A DNA stretch of 64,000 nucleotides from an uncultured Candidatus Rokubacteria bacterium (GCA_963758635.1 CAVWWD010000004.1:1-64000); one strand, 5' to 3'. Counted from the first letter of the stretch, positions 22,794 through 33,456 are shown. Notes: generated by a model not told the origin, from the letters alone. Made by a program: numbers and translations.

Positions 22794-23612
22794 ATGAGCA
22801 GCGAAGCCGTAGCCGAGCAGGCGGTCGCCGGGGTCCGTGCGCGCGGTGAGCGGACGGTGCGAGCCGTCCCCGCGGTCACGCGGGCGGTCGCCATCCTCAG
22901 GTTCCTCGGCGCCAGCCGGGAGCCCCTCGGCGTCAACGCCATCGCGCGCGGCCTGGGGCTGATCCCGAGCACGTGCCTGCACATCCTCCGCGTGCTGGTC
23001 GCCGAGGAGATGGTCGCGTTCGACCCGGCGACGAAGCGCTATCGGCTGGACGCCGGGCTCGTCACCATCGCCCGGAGCGCGCTCTCGCGCAACGGCTTCG
23101 CCGATCTCGCCCAGCCCGCCCTCGACCGCCTCGCCCGGCGCCGCGGCGTCACCGCCATCGGCGTGCAGGTGCTGGGGCTCGAGCACATCTACGTGGTGGC
23201 CATCTCCCGCCCCGACCAGACCGTGCGCTTGCACGTGGACATCGGCAGCCGCTTCCCCGCGCTCATCAGCGCCTCCGGCCAGTGCGTCGCCGCGTTCGGC
23301 GGCCATCCGTGGAGCGCCATCGAGCGCCACTTCCGGGCGCTGCGCTGGGACGACCCGCCGTCGTTCGAGGCGTGGCGGGCCGCGGTCGAGGCCACGCGGG
23401 AACGCGGCTACGGCCTGGACGAAGGCAGCCATCTCCGCGGCATCACCGTCCTCGCCGCGCCGGTGCGGAGCGGGGCGGAGCCGCCGGGCCACGTGGTCCT
23501 CGCGGTGGGCGTGAGCGAGCAGGTGCGGCGCATCGGCATCGAGCGGCTCGCGCTGGACCTGCGCGAGGCCGCGGACTCGTGCGCGCGCCATCTTCTGGCC
23601 GGCGGAGCCTAG
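22794..23612 (+). CDS. IclR-family transcriptional regulator
   Basis: VPAVTRAVAILRFL...IARGLGL..STCLHIL HTH; IGSRFP...SASG; divergent from the CoA ligase. Confidence 0.9.
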   Translation: MSSEAVAEQAVAGVRARGERTVRAVPAVTRAVAILRFLGASREPLGVNAIARGLGLIPSTCLHILRVLVAEEMVAFDPATKRYRLDAGLVTIARSALSRNGFADLAQPALDRLARRRGVTAIGVQVLGLEHIYVVAISRPDQTVRLHVDIGSRFPALISASGQCVAAFGGHPWSAIERHFRALRWDDPPSFEAWRAAVEATRERGYGLDEGSHLRGITVLAAPVRSGAEPPGHVVLAVGVSEQVRRIGIERLALDLREAADSCARHLLAGGA

Positions 23613-23620
23613 GCGGCACG

Positions 23621-23689
23621 ATGGACTTCCACGCGTTCATGTACGTCACGATCGGCCGCCGGCACGAGCTCGAGCGCGGCATGGCATGA
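23621..23689 (+). pseudogene. 22-codon stub resembling an LLM oxidoreductase N-terminus
   Basis: MDFHAFMYVTIGRRHELERGMA* abuts the RBS of the next gene. Confidence 0.4.
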
Positions 23690-23700
23690 GGAGATTTCCC

Positions 23701-24690
23701 ATGGACAACGGACACGTCATCGACATCCAGAACACCGCGTTCTTCCGCCACTTCTACGACGGCGACCAGCCCGAGATGCGGCGGCTATACGAGCAGGCGA
23801 AGCGGGACCAGTGGAACGCCGCCACCGACATCGACTGGAAGGGCGCGCTCGAGGGCGACGGCGGCCTCATCGCCGACGACCTGGTGGACATCCACGGCAC
23901 GCGGTTCTGGGACGCGCTCAGCCCGGACGACCGCATCGACCTGAACCGGCGCGTGAGCCAGTGGCGTCTGTCCACGCTCGTGCACGGCGAGCACGGCGCC
24001 ATGCTGGTGTGCAGCCAGATGGTGGAGAACGTCCACGGCCAGGACGCCAAGCTGTTCCAGGCCACGCAGGTCGTGGACGAGGCGCGGCACAACGAGGTGC
24101 TCCAGCGATATCTCGACCTCCGGCTCGACGGCCACACGTATCCGCTGGCCGGCAACGTGAAGGAGATCTTCGACACGCTGCTCGGCACGTCGTCGTGGCA
24201 CATGAAGACCATCGGGCTCCAGCTCGTGGCCGAGACGTTCGCGGTGTCGCTGTTCCGCATGCTCGCCGAGACCTCCAAGGACCCCGTGCTCCGCGAGGTC
24301 TGCCGGCGCATCCTCCAGGACGAGGCGCGTCACATGGGCTTCGGCATGCTCTCGCTGCCCGCGGTGGTCGCCGAGGCGAGCGAGCGCGAGCGGCACGAGA
24401 TGGAGGACTTCGCGGTGTGGGCGCTCGTCCGCACCCTCACCGGCATCTTCCCGCTCCTCGCGTACGAGGAGATGGGGTTCAGCCGGTCCGACATCGACGA
24501 GATCAAGCGACTCCGGCGTGACCGCGCGGCGGGCGGCGACGAGACCGCGTTCCGCAAGCTCTTCCGTCGCGACCTGCACACGTCGCTGGTCCGGAACCTG
24601 GAGCGCATCGGCCTCCTCACGCCGCGCGTGGCGCCCCAGCTGGAGTCGCTCGGGATCTCGCTCTCCTCGGTGGCGGCCGCCGCGTCCTGA
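23701..24690 (+). CDS. Ferritin-like diiron protein (AurF/desaturase-like fold)
   Basis: GEHGA, DEARH, AETFA, DEARH carboxylate/His pattern; LYEQAKRDQWN..TDIDW. Confidence 0.8.
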   Translation: MDNGHVIDIQNTAFFRHFYDGDQPEMRRLYEQAKRDQWNAATDIDWKGALEGDGGLIADDLVDIHGTRFWDALSPDDRIDLNRRVSQWRLSTLVHGEHGAMLVCSQMVENVHGQDAKLFQATQVVDEARHNEVLQRYLDLRLDGHTYPLAGNVKEIFDTLLGTSSWHMKTIGLQLVAETFAVSLFRMLAETSKDPVLREVCRRILQDEARHMGFGMLSLPAVVAEASERERHEMEDFAVWALVRTLTGIFPLLAYEEMGFSRSDIDEIKRLRRDRAAGGDETAFRKLFRRDLHTSLVRNLERIGLLTPRVAPQLESLGISLSSVAAAAS

Positions 24691-24707
24691 GGCGGGCGGC
24701 CGCGCCG

Positions 24708-25733
24708 ATGCGCGCCCTGCTCTGCCGCGCGTGGGGTGCCGTCGACGACCTGCGGGTCGAGGAGGTCCCGGCGCCCGTGCCGGCCCCGGCGAGGTGCTGA
24801 TCGCGGTGCGGGCCACCGCGGTGAACTACGCGGACAGCATCATGGTGGCGGGCCAGTACCAGACCCGCCCCGAGCTTCCCTTCAGCCCCGGGCTCGAGAC
24901 GGCGGGCGTCGTCGCCGCGTGCGGCGCAGGGCGTCACGCGCTTCGCTCCCGGCGATCGCGTCATGGCCATCCTCGCCCACGGCGGCCTCGCCGAGATGGC
25001 GGTGGCCGCCGAGCCCGACACGTTCGCGATTCCCTCCGGCATGGGCTTCGACGAGGCGGGGGCGTTTCCCGTCTCCTACATCTCGAGTCACGTGGCGATC
25101 CGCTGGATGGGCCGGCTCGAGGCGGGCGAGACGCTCCTGGTGCTGGGCGCGGGCGGCGGCGTCGGCCTCACCGCGGTCGAGATCGGCAAAGCCATGGGCG
25201 CGCGCGTCATCGCGGCGGCGAGCACGGAGGACAAGCTGGCGGCGGCCCGCGCGCGGGGCGCGGACGCCACGATCAACTACACGACCGACAAGCTGACCGA
25301 GGCCGTGATGGCGCTCACGGGCGGCGAGGGGGCCGACGTGTGCTTCGACCCCGTCGGCGGGCCGCTCTTCGACGCCGCGCTGTCCTCGCTGGGCTGGGGC
25401 GGGCGCATGCTCCTCATCGGCTTCGTGGGCGGCGTGCCGAAGATCCCCGCCAACCGGCTCCTCGTGAAGAACCGCTCCGCGCTGGGCTCGTCGCTCCGCT
25501 ACTTCCGCTGGCGCGCGCCCGAGAAGCTGCGCGCGTCGGTGGACGAGCTGGTGCGCTGGTACGGCGAGGGTCGCCTCGTCCCGTGCGTGACGCATCGGCT
25601 GCCGCTCGAGCGCGGCGTCGAGGCGATCCGGCTCCTCACCGATCGCGCGGCGCACGGCAAGGTGGTGGTGGTGCTGGACGGCGCCGCGGGCCGCGGATCG
25701 GGCGGCGGGCGGCGCGAGCAGGAGGCGCGGTGA
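24708..25733 (+). CDS. NADPH:quinone oxidoreductase (MDR family), frameshifted
   Basis: GEVLIAVRATAVNYAD, PFSPGLE, LVLGAGGGVG, GKVVV. Confidence 0.85.
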
Positions 25734-26491
25734 TGGAGATCCGGCTCACCCGACACGGCGCGCACGTGGCCGTGGTCACCATCGACCACCAGCCGCGGCG
25801 GAACGCGATGACGCGCGCGATGCTCGCCGACCTGGGCCGGCTCTGGGACCAGCTCGAGGCGGACGACGCGTGCCGGTGCATCGTGCTCACGGGAGCGGGC
25901 GAGCGCGCGTTCAGCGCCGGCGCCGACATCAGCGGCGACCTCTCCGCGCGCGAGGAGACGGCGCGGGTGGTGAGCCACGCGCTCCTCAAGGCCGATCCGT
26001 TCCCGAAGCCCATCGTGGCCGCGGTCAACGGCGACTGCGTCGGCGGCGGTGTCGAGCTGCTCCTGTCCACCGACGTGCGGGCCGCCGCGCCCCACGCGCG
26101 GTTCGGCCTGCCCGAGGTGCGCTGGTCGATCTATCCGTTCGGCGGGGCCACGATCAAGCTGATCCAGCAGATCGGCCACGTGCACGCGATGGACCTCCTG
26201 CTGAGCGGCCGGCTCATCGACGCCGAGGAGGCCGCGCGGCTCGGCCTGGTCAACCGGGTGGTGCCGGCGTCCGAGGTGATGCCGTGGGCGCTCGCCACCG
26301 CGGAGACCATCGCCGCCAACAGCCCGAGCGCGGTCCAGGCGGTCAAGCGGCAGATCAGCGCGACCATCGCCGACCACGCCCGCTCGCGCGAGGCCCTCGA
26401 GCAGGAGCTGGGCGACCGCGTGCGCGCGAGCCCCCACTTCGCCGAGGGCGTCGCCGCGTTCCGCGAGAAGCGCGCCCCCCGCTACCAGTGA
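25733..26491 (+). CDS. Enoyl-CoA hydratase/isomerase
   Basis: AFSAGADI, KPIVAAVNG.CVGGG.EL, FGLPEV, EGVAAFREKR.P. Confidence 0.9.
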   Translation: MEIRLTRHGAHVAVVTIDHQPRRNAMTRAMLADLGRLWDQLEADDACRCIVLTGAGERAFSAGADISGDLSAREETARVVSHALLKADPFPKPIVAAVNGDCVGGGVELLLSTDVRAAAPHARFGLPEVRWSIYPFGGATIKLIQQIGHVHAMDLLLSGRLIDAEEAARLGLVNRVVPASEVMPWALATAETIAANSPSAVQAVKRQISATIADHARSREALEQELGDRVRASPHFAEGVAAFREKRAPRYQ

Positions 26492-28113
26492 GCGCGGCCG
26501 TGCGCCCCGCGAGCCGTACGCTCGGCGGCCTGATCGACGAGCTGGCGGCGGCCCGGCCCGACGCGGAGGTCCTGGTGGCGGGCGATCGGCGCGCTGACCC
26601 GCGCCGAGCTCGCCGCGCGCGTCGACGCGTGCGCCCGCGGGCTCCTCGCCGCCGGCGTGGGCCGGGGCGACCGCGTCGCCATCCTCCTGCCGAACCGCCT
26701 CGAGTGGGTCGTGGCCGCGCTCGCCACGGGCAAGATCGGCGCCGTCCTGGCCGCGATCAGCACGTTCTCGACGCCGCGGGAGCTCGCGTGGGCGCTCGAG
26801 CCACTCGGGCGCCACGGCGCTCGTCACCGTGCCCGAGTTCCGCGGTCGCCGCTTCCTCGATCCGCTCGTCGAGCTGTGCCCCGAGATCGCCGCGCGCCGG
26901 TCCGCTCCAGAGCGCGGCGCTGCCGCGGCTCCGCGCCGTGGTCACGGTGGGCGCGCGGACGCATCCGGGCGTGCTCGCCTGGGACGATCTCCTCGCGCTC
27001 GGCGAGGGGATCCGCACGCCGGCGCTCGACGCGGCGGCGCGCGCGGTGTCGCCGGCCGACGTCGCGTACATCCTCTACACGTCGGGATCGACGGCGACAC
27101 CGAAGGGGGTGCAGCTCGCCCACGGCGGCCTCGTCGCCAACGGGTTCGACATCGGCGAGCGACAGCGCCTCGGCCCGGCCGACCGGCTCTGGCTCGCCGT
27201 GCCGCTCTTCTGGTCGTTCGGCTCCGCCAACGCGCTCGTCGCGATCCTGACCCACGGCGGGTGCGTCGTGCTCCAGGAGAGCTTCGAGGCCGGCGAGGCG
27301 CTCGAGCTGCTCGAGCGCGAGCGCTGCACGGTCTACTACGGCATGGCGAACATGGCGCGCGCCATGCTGGAGCATCCCGACCGGCGCCGGCGTCGCCTCG
27401 ACGCGATGCGGACCGGCCTCACCATCGGCCTGCCCGAGGACATCGAGATGACCATGGAGGCGGTCGGCGCGCGGGAGCTCTGCAACGTCTACGGCTCGAC
27501 CGAGACCTATGGGAACTGCGCGGTGACCGACGCCCACGATCCGCGCGACGTGCGGCTGCACACCCAGGGGATGCCGCTGCCCGGGATGGAGATCCGCGTG
27601 GTGCATCCGGAGTCGCGGCAGGCCCTGCCGCGCGGGGAAGTGGGGGAGCTGTGCGTCCGGGGCCACGTCACGCCCGGCTACTACGCCGCGCCGGAGCAGG
27701 ACGCGGCGGCCTTCGACGCGGACGGCTGGTTCCTGACCGGCGACCTCGGCCTGCTCGACGCCGACGGCCGCGTCCGCTTCCGGGGGCGGCTCAAGGAGAT
27801 GATCAAGACGGCGGGCGTCAACGTGTCGCCGCTCGAGGTGGAGCAGGTGCTGCTCTCGCATCCCGACGTGAAGCAGGCCTACGTGGTGGGCGTGCCCGAC
27901 CGCGACCGCGGCGAGCTCGTCGTGGCCGCCCTCGAGCTGTCCCCGGGCGCCGCGTCGGACGCCGCCGCCCTCACCGCGTTCTGCCGCGAGCGCCTCGCCA
28001 GCTACAAGGTGCCCGTCCGCCTCGCCTTCCGCGCCGCCGACCAGTTCCCCCGCACGCCCACGGGCAAGATCCACAAGCCCGGCCTCCGCGCCGAGCTGTC
28101 GGCCGGGCCGTGA
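26488..28113 (+). CDS. Acyl-CoA synthetase (frameshifted)
   Basis: YTSGSTATPKG, YGSTE, WFLTGDLG, GRLKEMIK, PRTPTGKI. Confidence 0.9.
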   Translation: MSAAVRPASRTLGGLIDELAAARPDAEVLVAGDRRADPRRARRARRRVRPRAPRRRRGPGRPRRHPPAEPPRVGRGRARHGQDRRRPGRDQHVLDAAGARVGARATRAPRRSSPCPSSAVAASSIRSSSCAPRSPRAGPLQSAALPRLRAVVTVGARTHPGVLAWDDLLALGEGIRTPALDAAARAVSPADVAYILYTSGSTATPKGVQLAHGGLVANGFDIGERQRLGPADRLWLAVPLFWSFGSANALVAILTHGGCVVLQESFEAGEALELLERERCTVYYGMANMARAMLEHPDRRRRRLDAMRTGLTIGLPEDIEMTMEAVGARELCNVYGSTETYGNCAVTDAHDPRDVRLHTQGMPLPGMEIRVVHPESRQALPRGEVGELCVRGHVTPGYYAAPEQDAAAFDADGWFLTGDLGLLDADGRVRFRGRLKEMIKTAGVNVSPLEVEQVLLSHPDVKQAYVVGVPDRDRGELVVAALELSPGAASDAAALTAFCRERLASYKVPVRLAFRAADQFPRTPTGKIHKPGLRAELSAGP

Positions 28114-28180
28114 ATGAGCAGGTGGCCCGGCCGGAGCAGCGTTCGACGAGCTCGGGCGAACCCACGGGCCATCCCTCCGA

Positions 28181-28209
28181 TACACATCCTCGTGATAGTG
28201 TGTACACAT
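28181..28209 (+). promoter_or_regulatory. Probable vapBC autoregulatory operator
   Basis: TACACA...TGTGTA inverted pair and the perfect palindrome TGTGTACACA just upstream of the antitoxin. Confidence 0.55.
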
Positions 28210-28234
28210 CGATCGGTACCCGGGAGGATCAGGC

Positions 28235-28435
28235 ATGCGGACCAACATCGTGATCGATGACCGCCTGATGCGCGAAGCCCAGAAGGCAACCGGCCTGGGC
28301 ACGAAGCGAGCCGTGGTCGAAGCGGGCCTCCGGTTGCTCGCCCAACTCCGGGCCCAGGGGGAGGTCCGGAAGCTCCGCGGGAAGTTCGCTTGGAAGGGAA
28401 GCCTGCGTCGGATGCGTGCCCGCCGCGTCAAGTAG
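28235..28435 (+). CDS. vapB: VapB-family antitoxin
   Basis: MRTNIVIDDRLM.EA....G..TKRAVVE.GL. Confidence 0.9.
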   Translation: MRTNIVIDDRLMREAQKATGLGTKRAVVEAGLRLLAQLRAQGEVRKLRGKFAWKGSLRRMRARRVK

Positions 28436-28441
28436 CACGGG

Positions 28442-28837
28442 GTGGTCATCGTGGACAGCACGGTCTGGATCGACTACCTGAACGGCCGCTCGACCCGGCA
28501 AACTATCTGGCTGGACCGCGAGCTGGACCGTCAACGCCTCGGCATCACGGATCTCATCCTGTGCGAGGTGCTGCAGGGGCTCAGGGGTGAAGCACGGGTG
28601 GCCGAGGTGAAGGCCAGGCTCCTGTCCCTGGAGATCTACTCGACGGGCGGCACCGAGCTGGCGCTGGCCGCGGCGGACAACTATCGTGCTCTCCGGCGCC
28701 GCGGGCGAACGCCTCGGACGACGATCGACGGGCTGATTGCCACGTTCTGCCTGGTGAATGGGCACGAATTGCTTCACAACGACCGGGACTACGACTCGTA
28801 CGAGGATCTGTTGGGGCTGCGGGTCGTGCACCCGTAG
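28442..28837 (+). CDS. vapC: VapC PIN-domain toxin
   Basis: IVDSTVWID, EVLQG, TIDGLIA, LLHNDRDY. Confidence 0.9.
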   Translation: MVIVDSTVWIDYLNGRSTRQTIWLDRELDRQRLGITDLILCEVLQGLRGEARVAEVKARLLSLEIYSTGGTELALAAADNYRALRRRGRTPRTTIDGLIATFCLVNGHELLHNDRDYDSYEDLLGLRVVHP

Positions 28838-28851
28838 CTCACTTGGCTTGC

Positions 28852-29397
28852 ATGACGGAGGAACTGGAGGTCCTGGCTGTGGTGACGGGCCGGCTGGAGG
28901 CGGCCGGCATCGCCTACATGGTGACGGGATCGGTGGCCGCGAACTGCTACGCCGTGCCGCGCATGACGCGCGACATCGACATCGTGGTCGACCTCGCGGC
29001 AGCCGACGCAGACCGGGTGCTGGAGCTGTTCCGGGCGGACTTCTACGTCGATCCCGGCGCGGTGCGCGAGGCCGTGGCGGCCAGGGGCGCGGTCAACCTG
29101 ATCCACCAGGACTTCGTACTCAAGGTGGACCTGATCGTTCGCAAGGACACCGAGTACCGGCGCACGGAGTTCGCGCGGCGCCGGCGCGCCCGCCTGGGCG
29201 TGGTGGACGTGGTCATCGTGGCGCCCGAGGATCTCATCATTTCCAAGCTGGACTGGGCGCGCGATACGCGCTCGGAGATGCAGCTCGGAGACGTCCGCAA
29301 CTTGCTCCGCTCGGTGCCCGATCTCGACCGCGACTACCTCGCCCGCTGGACCGCGCACCTCGGGCTGGGCGAGGCCTATCGCGAGGCCGAGCCATGA
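28852..29397 (+). CDS. Nucleotidyltransferase-superfamily protein
   Basis: YMVTGSVAA..Y..PRMTRDIDIVV (GS and DxD), APEDLIISKL. Confidence 0.8.
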   Translation: MTEELEVLAVVTGRLEAAGIAYMVTGSVAANCYAVPRMTRDIDIVVDLAAADADRVLELFRADFYVDPGAVREAVAARGAVNLIHQDFVLKVDLIVRKDTEYRRTEFARRRRARLGVVDVVIVAPEDLIISKLDWARDTRSEMQLGDVRNLLRSVPDLDRDYLARWTAHLGLGEAYREAEP

Positions 29398-29661
29398 CCG
29401 ACACGCCCCCCGAAGTGGAGCGGCGCTACCGGGCGCTCCTGATGGCCCTGCCGGCCGAGCGGCGCCTCCGGATGGGGGCGTCCATGAACGCTACCGCGCG
29501 AGCCCTGGTGCGTGGCTCCGATCCTGGCCCGGCGCCCGGACGCCACGGAGGCGGAGCTGCGCCAGGCCCTCTTCCTGCGCTTCTACGGCGACGACTTCGC
29601 GTCGCCCCAGCGCGAGCGCATCCTGGCCTGGCTGGCCGAGAAAGCCTCGGCGGCGAGATGA
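29394..29661 (+). CDS. Small conserved-looking partner of the nucleotidyltransferase (frameshift near 29520)
   Basis: MTDTPPEVERRYRALLM....RRLRMG.SM...AR / ELRQALFLRFYGDDF; ATGA overlaps at both ends. Confidence 0.6.
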
Positions 29662-31033
29662 GCGTGGCCCCTGGCCGCAACGACCCCTGCCCTTGCGGCA
29701 GCGGCAAGAAGTACAAGCGGTGCTGCCTGCTCCGGGAGGCTGCCGCCGCCGCGGCCGGCGCCTACACCCGCGCCGAGCGTGACAGCGCCTGGGCTGCCGT
29801 TGGCCGTTTCGCCGGGCGCCCCGCCTTCGCCCACGAACGTCGCTCGCGCCGAGGCGGACTTCTTCATGCCGCTCGCCGCGGTGCCGCTTCCCGAGCAAGC
29901 CCGCCAGCTCCGCGCCGAGGCGCAGCCCTTCTACGAGGACTGGCTCCTCTGCGACTTCCGCCTGCGCGACGAGCGAAGCGCGGTCGACCTGTTCCTCGAT
30001 CGCGAGGGGGCGAGCCTGCGCTCGGGCGAGCGCCGCTACCTCGAGCGCATCCGCCAGGCCTCGCTGCGTCCCTATGAGGTGGCGGCGATCCGGCCCGACG
30101 AGGGCCTCGACCTCGTGGACCTCTGGACCAAGCAGCGCATTCGGGTCCGCGAGCGCGCGGCTACGCGCCAGCTCGCTTCCTGGGACGTGCTCGCCGCGCG
30201 CATCATCCTGGGCGGCGAGGGCGTGCCGGTGATCGAGGGTAGCGCGTACCTCTTCCCCCAGGATGCCCGCGAGCCGTTGCTGAAGGATCTGCGCCGGGCC
30301 CACCGGCGCTTCCGGCGCGGCGGCGCCGACATCCCGCTGCCCGACTTCTTCCGCCGGATGGGGCGCATGTTCTACGGCTGGTGGCTGGTCCACGTGGCGC
30401 TGCGCCCTGGGCCACGCGCCGTCACGCCGAAGGCGACGACGTGTTGCTCGCCCGCGCGACCTTCGACATCGCCGACCCCGGCGCTCTCACGGTGGCGCTG
30501 GCCGGGAGCACCCACTTCGAGCCGGAGGACGACGGCAGCTTCCGTTGGATCGAGGAGGGCGGCTCCGACGACTTCCAGCGAACCCTCGGCACGGTGCGCG
30601 TCGAGGGGGCCCGGCTCGTCCTCGAGGCCATGTCCGAGCCCCGCGCCGTGCGCGGGCGCGCCGTGCTCGAAGCGCTGGCGGGGAGCGCCATCGCCCACCG
30701 CGCCACCAGCCTCGAGGGCATAGAGCAAGCGGCAGCCCGCGAGCGAGCGCATCCACGGCGGCACGTCGCGGCTCCCGACATCCCCCCCGAGGTCCAGGCC
30801 GAGCTGGTCGGCCGGTTCTACGAGGAACATTACCGGGGCTGGCTCGACGAGCCGCTTCCCGCGCTGGACGGCCGCACCCCACGCGAGGCCGCCGGGCTCA
30901 AGTCCCTGCGCCCCCGCCTCGTGTCCCTGCTCAAGAGCATGGAGAGCATGTCAGCCCGCCAGCGACAGGCCGGGAGACGGCATACGACTTCGGCTGGATG
31001 TGGGGGGAGCTGGGGCTGCCACGGCCGGGGTAG
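29658..31033 (+). CDS. SEC-C metal-binding protein with C-terminal MbcA/ParS-like motif (frameshifted)
   Basis: GRNDPCPCGSGKKYKRCC; WLDEPLPALDGRTPREAA; YDFGWMWGELGL. Confidence 0.75.
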
Positions 31034-31187
31034 GGGGAAAACTTCTCGCCGCGGGAGCGCGCTCACATCCTGGCCTGGCTGGCCGGCCGGGCCCCGTGAA
31101 CGCGGTCTGGCTCTCGCTGGTTCGAGACGCCGACGAACGTGAGCCACCGCGAGAAGAACGTCCGCGCCGGTGCGGCCGCGTCAGCCG

Positions 31188-33213
31188 TCATCCGGAGATG
31201 AGGATGTTCACCGGCGCCTCGGAGGCGCGGCAGTTGTCGGTCTCGCTGGTCTCCGGCACCGCGTTGGTGTCGTCGGCGCAGGCCAGGAGGTAAACGCTGC
31301 CGCCGGGAGCGGCGAGGGGAACCGCGACCGTGACCGTGCCCGTCGAGGTGGACGACGCGGCCAGGCCGGGAACGGCGCGGCCGCCACCCAGCCGGAGGTC
31401 GCCGCCGTCGCGAAGGGTGTCGCGCGACAGGTAGTATCGCGTCGTCGAGGCCGCCGCCGCGACGCTGCCCTGGTTCCGAACGGTCTCCGTCACCGAGAAC
31501 GTGCCGCCCGGCAGCGCCGTGGCCGGTGGGTTGCTGACCGCCGTCACCACGAGATCCGCGCCGGCCACCTTCACCCGCCGTGCCGACGCCAGGCAGTTGT
31601 TGCCCTCGTCGCTCTCTGCGATCCTCGCGGTGTCGTCCGCGCAGGCGATCAGATAGTAGTTCCCGGCCGGGACGGAAGGCACCGTGACCGTCTTCGTGTC
31701 TTCCGACGCCGCGCCCGGGGCGAGGCCGGGCACGGCTCGCGTGCCGGTCAGCGGCCGATCGCCGCTGCTCTTCGTCTGATCGAGGGAGAGATAGTACCGG
31801 GTGCTCGAGCTCCCGGCAGCCAGGTTGCCTCGGTTCAGGACCTTGTCCCCGGCCACGAACGTGCTCCCCACGAGCGCGACCGGAGGCGGATCGTCGACCT
31901 TCAGCTGCACGAGGTCGGGCGCGCGCACCTCGACCTGGCCCACCGAGGCGCGACAGTTGTTCGAGTTCCAGCGCTCGGCGACGACGTCGTCGGCGTCCGC
32001 GCAGGCCAGCAGATGATAGGTCCCCGGTGGCGTTCTCGAATCCACCAAGACGGTCACGGCGCCCGTGGAGGCCGCGCCACCGGCCAGCCGGGGACAGCGC
32101 GCGGCTCCCGACGAGGGGCACGTCATCCGGGCTCCTGACCGTGTCGGGTGACAGGTAGTAGCGGACCGTCGAGGCGCCGGCGCCGATCGAGCCCTGGTTC
32201 TGGATCGTGTCGGTCACCGAGAACCGATCGCCGAGCAGGACCGTGAGCGGAGGGTCGGTGATGGCGGTCGCCGCGAGATCGGGCAGGACCACCGCCACCG
32301 CCCAGACGGAGAAGACCGACCCGCCGGTGGCGCTGACCAGCGTCTGGGCGCCGGTCACCGCGTCCACACGAACGATGCCCTCGCCCCACTCGGCGATGAT
32401 GATGCGGCCGGCCGCGTCGAGGGACTTTCCGAGCGCCTGTCTGATCAGGCCGCCCGAGCTGATCGCCGTCTGTGCCCCGGTGTCCGGATCCATGCGAACG
32501 AGATCGCCGAGCTGGTTGGTCACGATGATCGAGCCGGCATCGTCGATCTCGATGCCGGTTCGCGGTCCGTACACCTCGGAGCTGACCAGGGTCTGGGCCC
32601 CCGTGGCGGGATCGATGCGAACGACGCGGCTGCCCTCGAGCTCCGAGGCGTCGTCGACCACGATCCGCCCGCTCGCGTCGATGCCGATGTCCGTGGGCCC
32701 GCGCAGGAGACCGTCCGCGCTGATCGACGTCTGGATGCCCGTGACGGGATCGACGCGGACGATGGCATTGCTCGCGGGGTCGCCGACGAGGATCTGCCCC
32801 GTCGGCTCGATGGCGACGCCGTACGGCGCGATCAGCAGGCCCCCCGAGCTGATGAGCGTCTGGTTGCCCGTGGACGGATCGACGCGGATGAGGCCGGGGG
32901 TCGGGTCCACCACGATGATCTGGCCGGCACTGTCGATCGCCAGGCCCTGGGGGCTGTCGAGGAGACCGCCCGAGCTGATGTTGGTCATGGCGCCGGTGAC
33001 GGGGTCCACGCGGACGACCAAGAAGGCGCCGGTGTAGTCAGTGGCCACGACGACGATGTCACCAGCTTGGAGGACAACGGCCTCGGCAGATCGGAACGGC
33101 GCCAGACCCGCGAGGAGGATCACCGCGAGCACGGTCCACCCCCGACAGCCGGATATGAGGATGGTCAGCGGCGCGCGACTCCCTGCAGCGAGCGAGCGTA
33201 TTCCTGTCCGCAT
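31188..33213 (-). CDS. Secreted beta-propeller repeat protein with three CARDB domains (frameshift near 32100)
   Basis: Signal-like hydrophobic stretch; about six RVDP.TG.QT.IS.GG repeats; three DL.V......TV.NQG...A.AST.RYYLS.D units, two or three with YL.ACADD....E..E.NNC. Confidence 0.8.
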
Positions 33214-33262
33214 TGTGGCCTCCCACCGCCGGGCCAGGCATGTCGTCTGCACTGGCAACCCG

Positions 33263-33277
33263 GCAAGTGGCGTGCCA
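33263..33277 (-). promoter_or_regulatory. Sigma54 (-24/-12) promoter
   Basis: Minus strand TGGCACGCCACTTGC fits TGGCAC-N5-TTGC, about 50 bp before the ATG at 33213 with a GGGAGG RBS. Confidence 0.7.
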
Positions 33278-33456
33278 CTTCCTGATGCGCGGAAACACGC
33301 GGCAACGAAATGAGGGGTGGCGCGAACCCGCGGGCATTCCGCCCGAAGGGAAACCGCGCCGGGGCGCGCGCGCCCGCTCGCTGGCGTTCCGTATCGCCTC
33401 CCCGGTTCGGACGGCGACACGAGGACAGGGCGCGCCGGAAGCCTGGCCGCTAGATG

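Noticed and set aside
20431..22797. Long antisense and alternate-frame ORFs (for example 20431-22797 +, 8543-10657 +, 55875-58607 -, 35195-37501 -)
   Set aside because: Shadows of real genes in very high-GC DNA; Arg/Gly/Pro-rich with no motifs
32280..33040. Regularly spaced repeats that could suggest a CRISPR array
   Set aside because: They are degenerate in-frame beta-propeller repeats, not identical repeats with unique spacers
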